Assembly (NCBI GenBank): GCA_964425075.1
Contig: CAYRKM010000001.1
Location: forward strand, 18,756 to 82,755
Direction of reading: 5' to 3'
Origin: an uncultured Gammaproteobacteria bacterium
GTDB taxonomy: Bacteria; Patescibacteriota; Microgenomatia; Levybacterales; GWA1-39-11
Length of the DNA stretch: 64,000 nucleotides
Both the position numbers and the translations under genes were made by a program. The notes under the pieces are model-generated. The model saw only the letters and a list, made by a program, of their open reading frames with translations, ran no database searches and was not told the origin of the DNA. Below are positions 39,847 through 49,756 of the stretch, piece after piece (within the stretch, counting starts at the first letter, position 1; each line of letters begins with the position of its first letter).

Positions 39847-40215
39847 TTACAGGCTTCGCCGTGTGCTCAGCACCCGACCACCAGCAACTACGCCAACGGC
39901 GAGCACAACTAGCACCGCGGCAACCGCCAGGCTGCCAGACTGGTCGATGAGACCAGACGAGCCACCATTGGCTGGTGTCTGAGGCGTCGCGGCTGAAACC
40001 ATCTCCCGACTGCCTTTCAGCAGCCCGGCATTACCCACTTTGGGTGGAGTAATCTTTACCGTCTCTTGCGGTCGTCTCTCGAAAGAGATACTAACCGCCT
40101 GGGGCAACTTATCAGCCTGCTCCTGTTCGTTTTGGGCTCGGACGAAAACACCGAGAACCAACACGAGGGACACCACCATTACAGCGGCTACCATTTCCTT
40201 CTTTCTTGAACGCAT
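39847..40215 (-). CDS. GC-rich secreted protein with a C-terminal TM and basic tail
   Basis: GAGGAG SD; signal peptide; PPKVG/TPANGG then TM and RRSL. Confidence 0.65.
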   Translation of the reverse strand: MRSRKKEMVAAVMVVSLVLVLGVFVRAQNEQEQADKLPQAVSISFERRPQETVKITPPKVGNAGLLKGSREMVSAATPQTPANGGSSGLIDQSGSLAVAAVLVVLAVGVVAGGRVLSTRRSL

Positions 40216-40227
40216 CCCAGACTCCTC

Positions 40228-40401
40228 TCAGAAAATCTTCCTGATGGCAAGACTTATGCTTACCAAAAGGAAGATGGCAAACCCGAGCGGCGGGATAGCC
40301 GGGGAGATAGCGCTCTCGCCAATCCCACTAGAACTGTTTGATAGTGACCACACAAGAGTGGCCACCATGGCCGTCACCGAGACGGCCAACAGTCGAGCCA
40401 T
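40228..40401 (-). CDS. GC-rich small two-TM protein (57 aa)
   Basis: AAAGGAGGTG SD; MARLLAVSV...; not in the ORF track. Confidence 0.65.
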   Translation of the reverse strand: MARLLAVSVTAMVATLVWSLSNSSSGIGESAISPAIPPLGFAIFLLVSISLAIRKIF

Positions 40402-40457
40402 TTCACCTCCTTTCGGAAAGTAGTGTTACGGCAAGACCGATCGAGCATCCAGTTCTG

Positions 40458-40838
40458 TCACAGCAGTGGTGGTGGTTTCCGTCGAGACTTTCGTCTCGAA
40501 AGAAATGTGGCTACCAGAGCAACCACAACGCCCACTTCGAACAGTATCAGGATGAGCAAAGCCGATACTGGTGGATCTGGTGCATATGTTGAGGCGCGAT
40601 CGTTGAACCACTCGAAGATGAGGATGGCTCCTAACACAAGTAGCACTATCATGGGGGTGGTATAGCGCCCACGATGTGATGCATCTTGTTTCTTGGCTTG
40701 CTGGACATCGTCTGGTTTCCTGACTTGCTGGTAATCCCACCAACTTCTCAGTCCTTCGTCGGGATTGCTCCCGTATCCAGACGTGTGAGCGGCCTCCAGA
40801 ACCTCTGGTGGCCACGTTTCCTTTTCTACGCGAGACAC
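40458..40838 (-). CDS. GC-rich membrane protein
   Basis: AGGAGG SD, GTG start; two C-terminal TMs. Confidence 0.65.
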   Translation of the reverse strand: MSRVEKETWPPEVLEAAHTSGYGSNPDEGLRSWWDYQQVRKPDDVQQAKKQDASHRGRYTTPMIVLLVLGAILIFEWFNDRASTYAPDPPVSALLILILFEVGVVVALVATFLSRRKSRRKPPPLL

Positions 40839-40863
40839 TTTTCCTCCTAGGAATTTCGTCCGT

Positions 40864-41079
40864 TTAGTGCGGCCAGCCTGGCCTTGATCCTCTCTGCTCT
40901 CGCAGGAAGGCTTCCACTTCATCCCCCAACCCAACATCGAAGTCGGGCGGAAGGGGCTCGAGCGGTGGGAGTTTTGGCTGAAACAAGATCCGGTGAACCA
41001 TCACCGGACCTATCAACATTACTCCCACAACGATTGCATCGAACACAGTTTGCCGAATCCTTCGTACTAGTCGAGACAC
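40864..41079 (-). CDS. GC-rich small single-TM protein
   Basis: AGGAGG SD, GTG start. Confidence 0.6.
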   Translation of the reverse strand: MSRLVRRIRQTVFDAIVVGVMLIGPVMVHRILFQPKLPPLEPLPPDFDVGLGDEVEAFLREQRGSRPGWPH

Positions 41080-41303
41080 TGTCGTTCCTCCTGTCCTTTC
41101 CTTCAATTGTTCGTGTGCGATAACTGCGGACAAGTCCGCAGAGAATTTTCAGATCCCCCAACAAGGCAGCTTTTGCCAAGTTCGGTTATCCAATGATGGA
41201 ATAATACCAAAAAATAGCAACAGAAACAAACTATGGGTTAAAAATTTGTGCTTTTTTACTCTTTGTTTTTTTTATTTGAAACAATATGGTATAGTAGTTG
41301 GGT

Positions 41304-41729
41304 ATGAAAATGGCAGTATTTCTACTCTTGTCATCACCTCTTCTTATTCCTTTATCCGCTTACGCAACGTCTAACACTAATGTAGAAGTCTCAAATAATG
41401 GTGGTACTTCGTATACAAATGTAGAAATTGAAAATAACACAAGCTCAACAAATGTTGTAACCAATGACTCCAAAACTAAAGTCAGAATTGAGTCAAATGG
41501 GAAAGTCACAGAATATGAATCAGAAAAACCAGAAAATATAGAACTTAAATCAGAAGATGGAAAAACAAGTGTAAAAATAAATAATGAGTCGAAAGTAACC
41601 ACTACACCTTCAAGTACAACATCCGCAAAGGATAACGAAAATGATAAAAAATCAGAAGAAGCAAATAAAGAGGGAAAAAATATTTTAGAAATTATAAAAG
41701 ACTTCCTTGAAAACCTTTTTAATTTCTAA
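41304..41729 (+). CDS. Secreted low-complexity protein
   Basis: Signal peptide; N/T/S/K-rich. Confidence 0.7.
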   Translation: MKMAVFLLLSSPLLIPLSAYATSNTNVEVSNNGGTSYTNVEIENNTSSTNVVTNDSKTKVRIESNGKVTEYESEKPENIELKSEDGKTSVKINNESKVTTTPSSTTSAKDNENDKKSEEANKEGKNILEIIKDFLENLFNF

Positions 41730-42712
41730 ACTTCCTTTTTTAGTAATTCGGAAAGTCGCGTCATACTTACATCATCATAAATTGAAACCGGCAATATTTC
41801 CTTTTTAGTCTTTGAAAGAGTTTTTATTTGTTTTTTTAGTTCTTCATCAGTCAGTAAATCACACTTTGTAAGCAGAATTATTTCTTTTTTTAAAAGCAAA
41901 CTTTTATCATAGCCTTCGAATTCTTCGCGCACAGTTTTATATGCCTCATATACGTCAGGGGTTGTTGCGTCAATACAATGCAAAAGCATTTTGGTTTTTT
42001 GTATGTGTTTTAGAAATTGAATTCCAAGCCCTTTACCAACTGACGCGCCCTCAACAAGGCCTGGAATATCAGCTAGAACTATTTTATTTTTGCCATTTTT
42101 TGTCTTTGTAGATATTGTGCCCAAATTGGGTTCTAAAGTAGTGAAGGGGTAATTTCCAATTTTTGGGACGGCATTAGTAAGGGTTTTTAGCAAAGAACTT
42201 TTCCCTGCATTTGGAAATCCGATAAGACCAATATCTGCAATAAGACTTAACACAAGATGCAATTCTTTTTCTTCACCTTTTTGGTGAAATAAATTATATT
42301 TTCGCATTGCAAATGTCTCTTCGCTTCTATCGTGATTACCGATCTGTCCCTTTCCACCTCTCGCAATTCTAACTGGTACTTTTTCTTCAAGTAACTCAAC
42401 TGCTTTCTCGTTTGCCGTATCTATAATAGTAGTCCCCAAGGGTACGAGAACAGTTATATCCTCGCCACCTCGCCCATCTAAATTTTTATTCATACCGCGC
42501 TCACCATCTGGCGCTTTTATTAGTTTTTTGAATCTAAATTCATTTAAATCATGGACGTTTGCCGAACCTTCAAAATAAATATCTCCCCCACGGCCACCAT
42601 TTCCACCATCTGTATGTGGATTTTTACTACCGTAATTTGTATGAAATGATTTTCCGCCATCTCCACCGTTTCCGGCTTTTACTTTTATTGTTACATCATC
42701 AACTAAAGACAT
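41726..42712 (-). CDS. obgE: GTPase Obg/CgtA
   Basis: Gly-rich Obg fold, GFPNAGKSS, YPFTTLEPNLG, DIPG. Confidence 0.95.
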   Translation of the reverse strand: MSLVDDVTIKVKAGNGGDGGKSFHTNYGSKNPHTDGGNGGRGGDIYFEGSANVHDLNEFRFKKLIKAPDGERGMNKNLDGRGGEDITVLVPLGTTIIDTANEKAVELLEEKVPVRIARGGKGQIGNHDRSEETFAMRKYNLFHQKGEEKELHLVLSLIADIGLIGFPNAGKSSLLKTLTNAVPKIGNYPFTTLEPNLGTISTKTKNGKNKIVLADIPGLVEGASVGKGLGIQFLKHIQKTKMLLHCIDATTPDVYEAYKTVREEFEGYDKSLLLKKEIILLTKCDLLTDEELKKQIKTLSKTKKEILPVSIYDDVSMTRLSELLKKEV

Positions 42713-42814
42713 ATCCTATATTATACCAGAGCCCAATGGGTTGTGGTGTTTTTGAGTAAAAATATCTCAAATCAAAATCTTGAATACTTAATTTGGTGTG
42801 GTATATTCATACTT

Positions 42815-43387
42815 ATGAGTGGGCTTAGTAAAGAAACCCTAGACTTTCTAACAAGTGTTGCAAGTCGCCTTGATGAAGGTAGAGAAATATTGCAAGAAGA
42901 ACAATTATCACAAAGGTCTTACGAATTATTAATGCTTTTTTACAAATCCATTAGAACCAGTGAGGCAGTTAGAAACGCTTTTTTTGATGCATTTTTTGTA
43001 AATGCAGATATGTATTTACCATTATCTTTTTCTGTTGATATATCGGGTAATAGATATAATATTTCCTACCAAACACAGTCATCTAATGGTAGCGGACGAC
43101 TTTTCGATACCGCATTGGGGCAACATGGAGCCTCATCTGACAATATATTGGGAAGCGTTACTGCGAGTGTCACAAGAACTAACTTAGTAAATTCTGCTGA
43201 TATCGAAACTGGAGAAATAAGATTTAATGACGGATATATGGGAATAGTGAAAGATCCAACTCCAGTAATTCAGTACACAAAGGGTTATGAACACCCAGAG
43301 ATAAATACCTTAACAGCTGCAAACAATGTCCAAAGACTTTTTGGTGAATTGGGTGCCCCCCCACCCAAATTGCTTGGAATGGGATAG
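42815..43387 (+). CDS. Hypothetical protein
   Basis: ORF; TATATT just before the ATG. Confidence 0.6.
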   Translation: MSGLSKETLDFLTSVASRLDEGREILQEEQLSQRSYELLMLFYKSIRTSEAVRNAFFDAFFVNADMYLPLSFSVDISGNRYNISYQTQSSNGSGRLFDTALGQHGASSDNILGSVTASVTRTNLVNSADIETGEIRFNDGYMGIVKDPTPVIQYTKGYEHPEINTLTAANNVQRLFGELGAPPPKLLGMG

Positions 43388-43447
43388 AGAAATGAGTCCT
43401 GTTGTCAACTATGGAATATAAATAGGGTCAAAAAGTTAAATAATTTT

Positions 43448-44263
43448 CTATGACTTGGGAGATCTCAAATATTTACTATATGCTGCTAACCATTCCTCTT
43501 CAGTTGGTTCCATGTCAGACAATATAATTCTTCCAACAATATTCTCCTCATCATTATCACCAAGTTTATTTGCAATATCGGAGAAAGCAAAAATAATACT
43601 CGATCTATATTCCTCAGGAATAAATTCTAACATTCTGCCATGAAGCGTACCCCTCGGTATAAAAATATTCACAGGCGTATTAACTGGGTCCTCAATTAAT
43701 CTAACAATTTGCTCTATTAATTTCTTGTCACGCAAATCACATAACTCTTGATATTCAAGGTGTTTTCTTTTATATTCAGGCAAACTCATGCGTAGCCTTC
43801 TACCCAGAAACTCTTTAAATTCCCTATCTACTTCAATACCTTCCTCATATATGAGACCAATATTATAACCCTCCGAATTTAACTCATCTATCGCCTGAAA
43901 CTGAGAAACCCTGTATAAGCGTTGGAATCCTTGCCCTTTTTCTACTTTTGTCCGCAAAACTTGCTCCCATTTTTCGACCGAATCTACACCACCATTCACT
44001 CCATACAAACCAACCCAATAATCATGTGTTTGTTGGGCTTCGCTGTAAAAATAATAATCAACAGCGTTTGCAGGATAAAAAGGCTCTTTTGCTTTCGTAG
44101 GTGATGCTTCCGGATCCTCTACTACAACAATATTGGTTTGCCCAGGGACAAAAACGTCTCGCATTAAATCCTTTGTTTCCTGAGTCAATGAAGACGCATT
44201 CTGTAGTTCAATTCCATGCTTTTCAAAGGCAAATGAAAGCCTCGCGTTTTGTTCTAAACTCAT
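43448..44263 (-). CDS. Hypothetical protein
   Basis: 271-aa ORF; TATAAT just before the ATG. Confidence 0.65.
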   Translation of the reverse strand: MSLEQNARLSFAFEKHGIELQNASSLTQETKDLMRDVFVPGQTNIVVVEDPEASPTKAKEPFYPANAVDYYFYSEAQQTHDYWVGLYGVNGGVDSVEKWEQVLRTKVEKGQGFQRLYRVSQFQAIDELNSEGYNIGLIYEEGIEVDREFKEFLGRRLRMSLPEYKRKHLEYQELCDLRDKKLIEQIVRLIEDPVNTPVNIFIPRGTLHGRMLEFIPEEYRSSIIFAFSDIANKLGDNDEENIVGRIILSDMEPTEEEWLAAYSKYLRSPKS

Positions 44264-44397
44264 TCCGAAATTATACTAAAAATGAGTTTTTTTATCAACT
44301 ATGGGATGATTGTAGCGTTTATTAAATAAAAAAGAAGCGCAAAACTTCTGGTTCCTTGCTACCTACTACTTTCTACAATCCACCAATTTATTTGAGG

Positions 44398-44751
44398 CTA
44401 ATTTTGAGGCAAACCAAGGTGTTTTTCTACTTTCTTAAGTCTTCTGTGCAATACTGCATCCCCTTCGTCATAATTCTTGGCAATTATGCTCGTCGTTTTC
44501 TCAATTTTATTTACTTTATTTCTAACATCTTTAACGTCCTTACCTGTTTTTTTTACATTTTCTACAACATTATCCATCCGAATCTCAACATTTTTCATTC
44601 TATCGTCAAGCTCGCTTAAATCATTGCTTAATGAGATTTTTGTAAGGCGGATTTGGTCCTCTAAATTTCTAGCAGAATCTCTTACTTCTACTTTAACTTC
44701 TTCCTGAACCACCTTTCTTATCGCTTTTAAATCATCTAATGTAAGTGCCAT
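44398..44751 (-). CDS. Coiled-coil protein
   Basis: MALTLDDLKAI...RLKKVEKHLGL; heptad pattern. Confidence 0.7.
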   Translation of the reverse strand: MALTLDDLKAIRKVVQEEVKVEVRDSARNLEDQIRLTKISLSNDLSELDDRMKNVEIRMDNVVENVKKTGKDVKDVRNKVNKIEKTTSIIAKNYDEGDAVLHRRLKKVEKHLGLPQN

Positions 44752-44866
44752 AGGATTTATTATTATTGAAAACTTCAGGGGAAATTTCAAGAGAGCAAAC
44801 AATATCAGCGAAGCATGGTATCGAATGGTACCTGACAGGCACTGAGCAACTATGTTTTGGGACTCA

Positions 44867-45472
44867 CTATTTCGGTAATTTGTCCCAAGGGCCAGGATAG
44901 TCTGGAGGATAAGTTCCCATAACAATATCTGTTGGTATGTCCTCTTTATTTATTAATATTTTATTAAAATCATATATCTTAAAATCCCTTTTGCTATCAA
45001 ATATTGCAATCGCAAACCTACTAGGACGTACAAAAAATGTATAATTTTTTGTTTTTGTATCAAATATGTAATTTACTTTTGCGTACTGAGTCATCTCTCT
45101 ATAGTTGGCAGGATCCATTTCTTCTAAGTCTTTGAGTTGTTGTGGGATATTCTTGTTTTCTTTTATCCTTTGTTTAATTTGTGCATGAATAGCGTGAGCA
45201 GGAATGATACCTCGATAAAAAGTACTCATGCTGCAACTAGTTGTTCCAACGATAAAGAAAAAGATTATATAAAAAAGATAGATTACTGCAAATACGGCAG
45301 GTGAGGCAATAAGCATAGTTATAAGCAGGCGCTTCTCTTTTATTCTCTTAATTTGAAAAATGATTATGAGAATAAAGATTAGTATCGGGAAGAATATAAA
45401 TACTCCCAAAACATTTAAATCATTAAGGCAAATATCTAGCACCGACTGTCTTGAAAATGGCATATCATACAT
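44867..45472 (-). CDS. Membrane protein
   Basis: Two N-terminal TMs. Confidence 0.65.
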   Translation of the reverse strand: MYDMPFSRQSVLDICLNDLNVLGVFIFFPILIFILIIIFQIKRIKEKRLLITMLIASPAVFAVIYLFYIIFFFIVGTTSCSMSTFYRGIIPAHAIHAQIKQRIKENKNIPQQLKDLEEMDPANYREMTQYAKVNYIFDTKTKNYTFFVRPSRFAIAIFDSKRDFKIYDFNKILINKEDIPTDIVMGTYPPDYPGPWDKLPK

Positions 45473-45563
45473 AGCGAATTATTATAACAAATGATTTAAT
45501 TTCATTTGGGGTGGCTTAGTAAGCTTTGTTTTGGCCTAAATTTACTAAAGGATTAAGATTTTT

Positions 45564-46187
45564 CTATTTTAATATTTCTAGCGTTGAAAGAGTTTTATCT
45601 ACTTCTGTTTGAAACCCAACATTCTGAGGATCATTAACTGATGTCGCGATAACAATCGCATAATTTGATTTCATATCTTTTTGAAGCACATAATAGGTAG
45701 ATTGACCCAAACTACGAATCTTGTAAGTAACACCCGAATAATTATTGAGCATAATATTTTTTGGGGGGGCAATGATTTCTGAAGTTCCATCTGCGGTCAT
45801 CTGCTTAAGATACTCGTCCAACCATTTCTGAAATGTCTTTCCGTTTAAGGAAATTGTTTCAAAAACCATAATTACACCGTCATATATTTCGGTTTGTCCT
45901 TTTTGGGTTGCACCTGTTTTATAAATACGAATATGTTGTTTGTCTTTTGTGTCTAATTTATAATCTGCAGGATAAAGGAAAACATACACTCCTTGAGGAT
46001 CACTATAGCTACTTCCTCCGGCTCTTAAATCACTATTATCAATAGTCGGTTGTGGAGTATTCTCGGCTACCGAGGGAGAAGGAGTATTGTTGGGGTCTAT
46101 AAAGGAATTTTTTATTTTAGGAAAGAAATAAAAAATTCCCAACATAATTATTGCTATCACAATAAACCCTAATTTTGTTATTTTCAT
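45564..46187 (-). CDS. Membrane-anchored PsbP-like protein
   Basis: N-terminal TM; FLYPADY; DKTLSTL. Confidence 0.6.
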   Translation of the reverse strand: MKITKLGFIVIAIIMLGIFYFFPKIKNSFIDPNNTPSPSVAENTPQPTIDNSDLRAGGSSYSDPQGVYVFLYPADYKLDTKDKQHIRIYKTGATQKGQTEIYDGVIMVFETISLNGKTFQKWLDEYLKQMTADGTSEIIAPPKNIMLNNYSGVTYKIRSLGQSTYYVLQKDMKSNYAIVIATSVNDPQNVGFQTEVDKTLSTLEILK

Positions 46188-46245
46188 AAAGAAAGGATTG
46201 GTATTACCTATAAGTATAAAGGTTTTGTTTTGATGCTGAAAGTTT

Positions 46246-46485
46246 TGGCAGGGCCGGATGGAATCGAACCATCTTCAAAGGTTTTGTCCCAGAAGTATCT
46301 TGCAGGGGTATCAGGGCTCGAACCTGAAATGGAGGTTTTGGAGACCTCTGTGATACCATTTCACCATACCCCTAAAAATAATGCCTGCTTAGAACTTCGG
46401 GATCCCGTACATCTAAGCAAAACCCTTCAGGTTTTGCAAGATGGTACTGGGAGAGACCTCTATTCTACCGGTAAACTACGGCCCT
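46246..46485 (-). tRNA. Split tRNA-Trp(CCA): 5' half 46453-46485, 3' half 46246-46286, 166-nt insertion within the anticodon
   Basis: Joined halves give a full cloverleaf AGGGCCG/CGGCCCT, G73, encoded CCA, loop CT-CCA-AA; whether it is spliced is unknown. Confidence 0.75.
46303..46373 (-). tRNA. Intact tRNA-Trp(CCA) nested in the insertion
   Basis: AGGGGTA/TACCCCT, GAGGT-CT-CCA-AA-ACCTC, TCAGG-TTCGAGC-CCTGA. Confidence 0.93.
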
Positions 46486-46546
46486 TTGTGTTATTATCAA
46501 GCTCAATTATATTTCAAAGGGGGATTTAATTCAATTTAAAGGCAAT

Positions 46547-47203
46547 CTAAGTACCCGATGCCGTCATTCTCACATTCATTTCCTTTAATGTATTATCAAA
46601 TGTATCTTTTACTATTTCTTCTGGCAGGTTGGAATTATTGATATTAATCTGTGCGAAAAAATCGTACACTGCCTGAAAATTAAAAGGCCCCATTAATTTT
46701 CTATGTGGAATTACAAGGTCAACCGAAACATACCCGTTTGATTGTGGAGATAAATTAACATAAATACCTTTTCTTGATTGCCTCAATGAAATAGCGCTGG
46801 AGCCAATTTTTTCGATGCTAATTGGCTTTTTCGCCCATTCTTCTTCTGAAAAGAATTCTTTAACCCCAACAATTAATCCATCTACATTTTGATCTGTAAT
46901 AATTTTGGCTGTTATATCTCCATCATTATCGCTGGTCACCCTAAAAACCTCACCACCATTTCTATCCACTACAAAAGTCGTAAAAGTATCACTATCATCA
47001 AAAATTTCCTGTATTTTCAAATCAGAAATTGTCGAACCATCAGGCACAATTCGCTGATCAACACCATTATTTACCAAACTTTCAGAGATTGGAGTTATAT
47101 TATTAGGAGAATTGTTTGGGTCAAAATCGGTATTGATACCTGATATTTTTCTACCTGAATCTGGAAATCTAATAATATTATCTGGTTGAGCTTCATCAGT
47201 CAT
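46547..47203 (-). CDS. Hypothetical protein
   Basis: ORF; TATACT just before the ATG. Confidence 0.6.
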   Translation of the reverse strand: MTDEAQPDNIIRFPDSGRKISGINTDFDPNNSPNNITPISESLVNNGVDQRIVPDGSTISDLKIQEIFDDSDTFTTFVVDRNGGEVFRVTSDNDGDITAKIITDQNVDGLIVGVKEFFSEEEWAKKPISIEKIGSSAISLRQSRKGIYVNLSPQSNGYVSVDLVIPHRKLMGPFNFQAVYDFFAQININNSNLPEEIVKDTFDNTLKEMNVRMTASGT

Positions 47204-47254
47204 TTCAAAATCAGTATACCATAGCATAAAATTAAGGACATGATATATGAAATC

Positions 47255-47899
47255 CTAATCCTTAATTTCAAACTCTTCGATGATATTTGAGATTGTTCCA
47301 TGCTCACCTAAGTTGGCGACTATAAGTTTGGTAACCTGAAAATCTATAGTTTCAGTTTCGCCTAATGTTTTCATCGCCCCATTCCTATCTTTCTCGTTTT
47401 TAAGCCTTGTTAGAGTAACATGCGGAACGTAAAGCTCACCATGATAAATTGCTCCCGTCTTCAATACGTTTCGTCGTTCTTTTTCACCTAATTCTTCAAG
47501 TTGTTCTAATGCGGGGGGTGCGATAAGTCCTTCGCGAAGTGGATTTGCCAGTTTTAGAATTTGTCGGTGAAACTCCATAATTTCCTTTGATTTTTTTGCG
47601 TTCCACCAAACAAATCTTCCGGGGCTTATCCAAAAATCTGACATAAAAACGGAAAATTTTTTGCTTTCTTTGGAAAATTTTAGAAGAGTCTTTTTTAAAG
47701 AATCAAGATTTTTATATGGAAAATATCCTTGATAAATAGTTATGTGCGGTCTGAAATTTTTAGTATTAAGCGTAAATTCTGATGCAAATTTCTTAGTCAG
47801 ATTTTCACTTTGCTTAATCGCCTCTTTCTTTACATCGACTGAGGGCAAAATCACAATATTTAAAGCAATTGCTCTATTCTTGTCATTACTTGAAATCAT
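47255..47899 (-). CDS. 2H phosphoesterase / 2'-5' RNA ligase family protein
   Basis: Two HxT motifs, PHITI and PHVTL. Confidence 0.85.
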   Translation of the reverse strand: MISSNDKNRAIALNIVILPSVDVKKEAIKQSENLTKKFASEFTLNTKNFRPHITIYQGYFPYKNLDSLKKTLLKFSKESKKFSVFMSDFWISPGRFVWWNAKKSKEIMEFHRQILKLANPLREGLIAPPALEQLEELGEKERRNVLKTGAIYHGELYVPHVTLTRLKNEKDRNGAMKTLGETETIDFQVTKLIVANLGEHGTISNIIEEFEIKD

Positions 47900-47964
47900 A
47901 AATACATTTTACCAAACTTACAAATATTGCTCATTGGGCTCTTTTTTTGCTAACATGGTATTTC

Positions 47965-48648
47965 ATGATACAAAAAGCAACAGAGCATTTGAAAAGAAAT
48001 GTCACACCAACTTTCTCAAAAAATTTTAGAATTTCATTCCTGCTTCTTTCAATTCTTTTTTTATTTCTTTTTCTTTTATTTACTTTTATAGTAAGAAGTG
48101 ACGCTTTGCGTGTTTTTGATTTTGATACAACAGTAAGACTTCAGGCTCGAATTCCAATAAGAATTGACCCATTTTTCTCCTGGCTTTCGGTTTTTGGGCG
48201 CTTTGAAACGACCTTCGTAATTCTTCTTATTATTTTATTTATCAAAAGAAAGCTTTTGGGAATTGTTGCTTTCTCTTTGTTTGGTTTTGCACACATCATT
48301 GAAATAATTGGCAAGACAATTCTTTCCCAACCCGGACCTCCGCATATGTTTTTAAGAACCCATGAATTGGCTCAAGAATTCCCAGGGCTTTATATTCACA
48401 CAAATGCTTCATATCCATCGGGACACGCCATGCGAACAATTTTTCTATTCATTATTATTGGTTTACTCATATTTAGAAGTAAAAAGATATCCACAGTAAT
48501 AAAACTTTTTGCGTATGGAATTCTTCTTTCTATAGTTCTTCTAATGCTAGTATCCCGTGTTAGTCTTGGCGAGCACTGGACGACTGATGTCATCGGTGGA
48601 GCTCTCCTTGGAGCCTCTTTTGCACTTCTATCCCTTTTGTTTTTGTGA
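47965..48648 (+). CDS. PAP2 family phosphatase
   Basis: SYPSGH, SRVSLGEHWTTDVIGG. Confidence 0.9.
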   Translation: MIQKATEHLKRNVTPTFSKNFRISFLLLSILFLFLFLLFTFIVRSDALRVFDFDTTVRLQARIPIRIDPFFSWLSVFGRFETTFVILLIILFIKRKLLGIVAFSLFGFAHIIEIIGKTILSQPGPPHMFLRTHELAQEFPGLYIHTNASYPSGHAMRTIFLFIIIGLLIFRSKKISTVIKLFAYGILLSIVLLMLVSRVSLGEHWTTDVIGGALLGASFALLSLLFL

Positions 48649-48684
48649 GCTTGAAAATTACAAAGGGCCCACTATAATTGAACA

Positions 48685-49449
48685 ATGTCAAAAGAAGAGC
48701 TCCCTACAGAACCGGGCATTCACTCAAATCCAATAGATATAGACGGGAATATCGCTCTAAGTGTTTGTCGGACTATGATTGTTGGTGCAAAACCTGCATC
48801 TCAGGAATATGTAGAAGCTGGTTGTTATTTCATGAAAGAAATCCAACCCAATCTCTACGAATTTGCAAAGGAGATGTTTGCCTTAAGAAGCACTATTGGA
48901 AGCGGTTCTGAGCCACAGGAAGATAACCGCTTTGGCTCCACTACAAAACCGCTTGACTCACATGAGGCAAGCTTTATGGATTCATATATGATAGGTGCAC
49001 TTTTGATGTTTCTTATTCTCCAAGATCAATATGAACTTGGAGGAAATCTTTTCCCTAAAATTTCAAAGAATAACACTGCTAATTATTTTGATAACCTTAT
49101 AGATGTTGAGTTAAACCATAGCGAGATTGCAGAAATAAAAGGCTTGAGAATCCCGGAAGACAAAAGCCTTTCGCCCGGAAGGCTTAATTATGCAATAAGG
49201 AATGACACAGTAACTTCAAGCACTCTTCAAAGAGTTACAAAAACATTTGTAGATAATTCGGATTCTACAGTCAGTGAATTTTGGGATACTCAATCATCCT
49301 TTCAGGAGGCCTTAAGACAAAGTGGGTTTTTCAGAAATTTCGGAAGTATTAAGGGAATTGTGTACGGTGCCTGTGATGTATTTAGATGTTTTGAATTAGT
49401 TGAAGAAAACGAAGCTCTTGATAGATGGTATGGGATTGAAACTAAATAG
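48685..49449 (+). CDS. Hypothetical protein
   Basis: ORF; TATAAT just before the ATG. Confidence 0.65.
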   Translation: MSKEELPTEPGIHSNPIDIDGNIALSVCRTMIVGAKPASQEYVEAGCYFMKEIQPNLYEFAKEMFALRSTIGSGSEPQEDNRFGSTTKPLDSHEASFMDSYMIGALLMFLILQDQYELGGNLFPKISKNNTANYFDNLIDVELNHSEIAEIKGLRIPEDKSLSPGRLNYAIRNDTVTSSTLQRVTKTFVDNSDSTVSEFWDTQSSFQEALRQSGFFRNFGSIKGIVYGACDVFRCFELVEENEALDRWYGIETK

Positions 49450-49451
49450 CT

Positions 49452-49536
49452 TTACTTTAATTTTTCTCGTTCTTTGTGAGGTTGATTTTTTTACACTTCT
49501 ATTACTTCTTTTCCTCTAAGATTCAGCTTCTCTTGC
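49452..49536 (-). pseudogene. Degenerate remnant of the rpmG 3' half
   Basis: 34 nt identical to the rpmG end (QPHKEREKLK*), plus EKLNL with synonymous changes. Confidence 0.85.
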
Positions 49537-49756
49537 TTTAATTTAACCTAAATTTATAACTTCGTCAGAAATTTGTCATGAAAAATTGACTGTAAGTGGT
49601 AAAATTGTTGAATTGAAAATCCAATTTGGGTTATATCAATAAGCTCTTTAATAATTGGGTGGATTTTTAGTGCTTGAAAGGGTTCTCCCGATCTTAAGAT
49701 ATATTGTCTTCGGATCGGGGGAACTCCCCAAGGGATCACAGAAAGGATCAACAACC

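Noticed and set aside
46287-46452. Group I intron, or splicing to tRNA-Cys(ACA)
   Set aside because: No recognisable P7 core. A U33|...G register would give an ACA anticodon on a body with Trp identity elements (G73, A1-U72).
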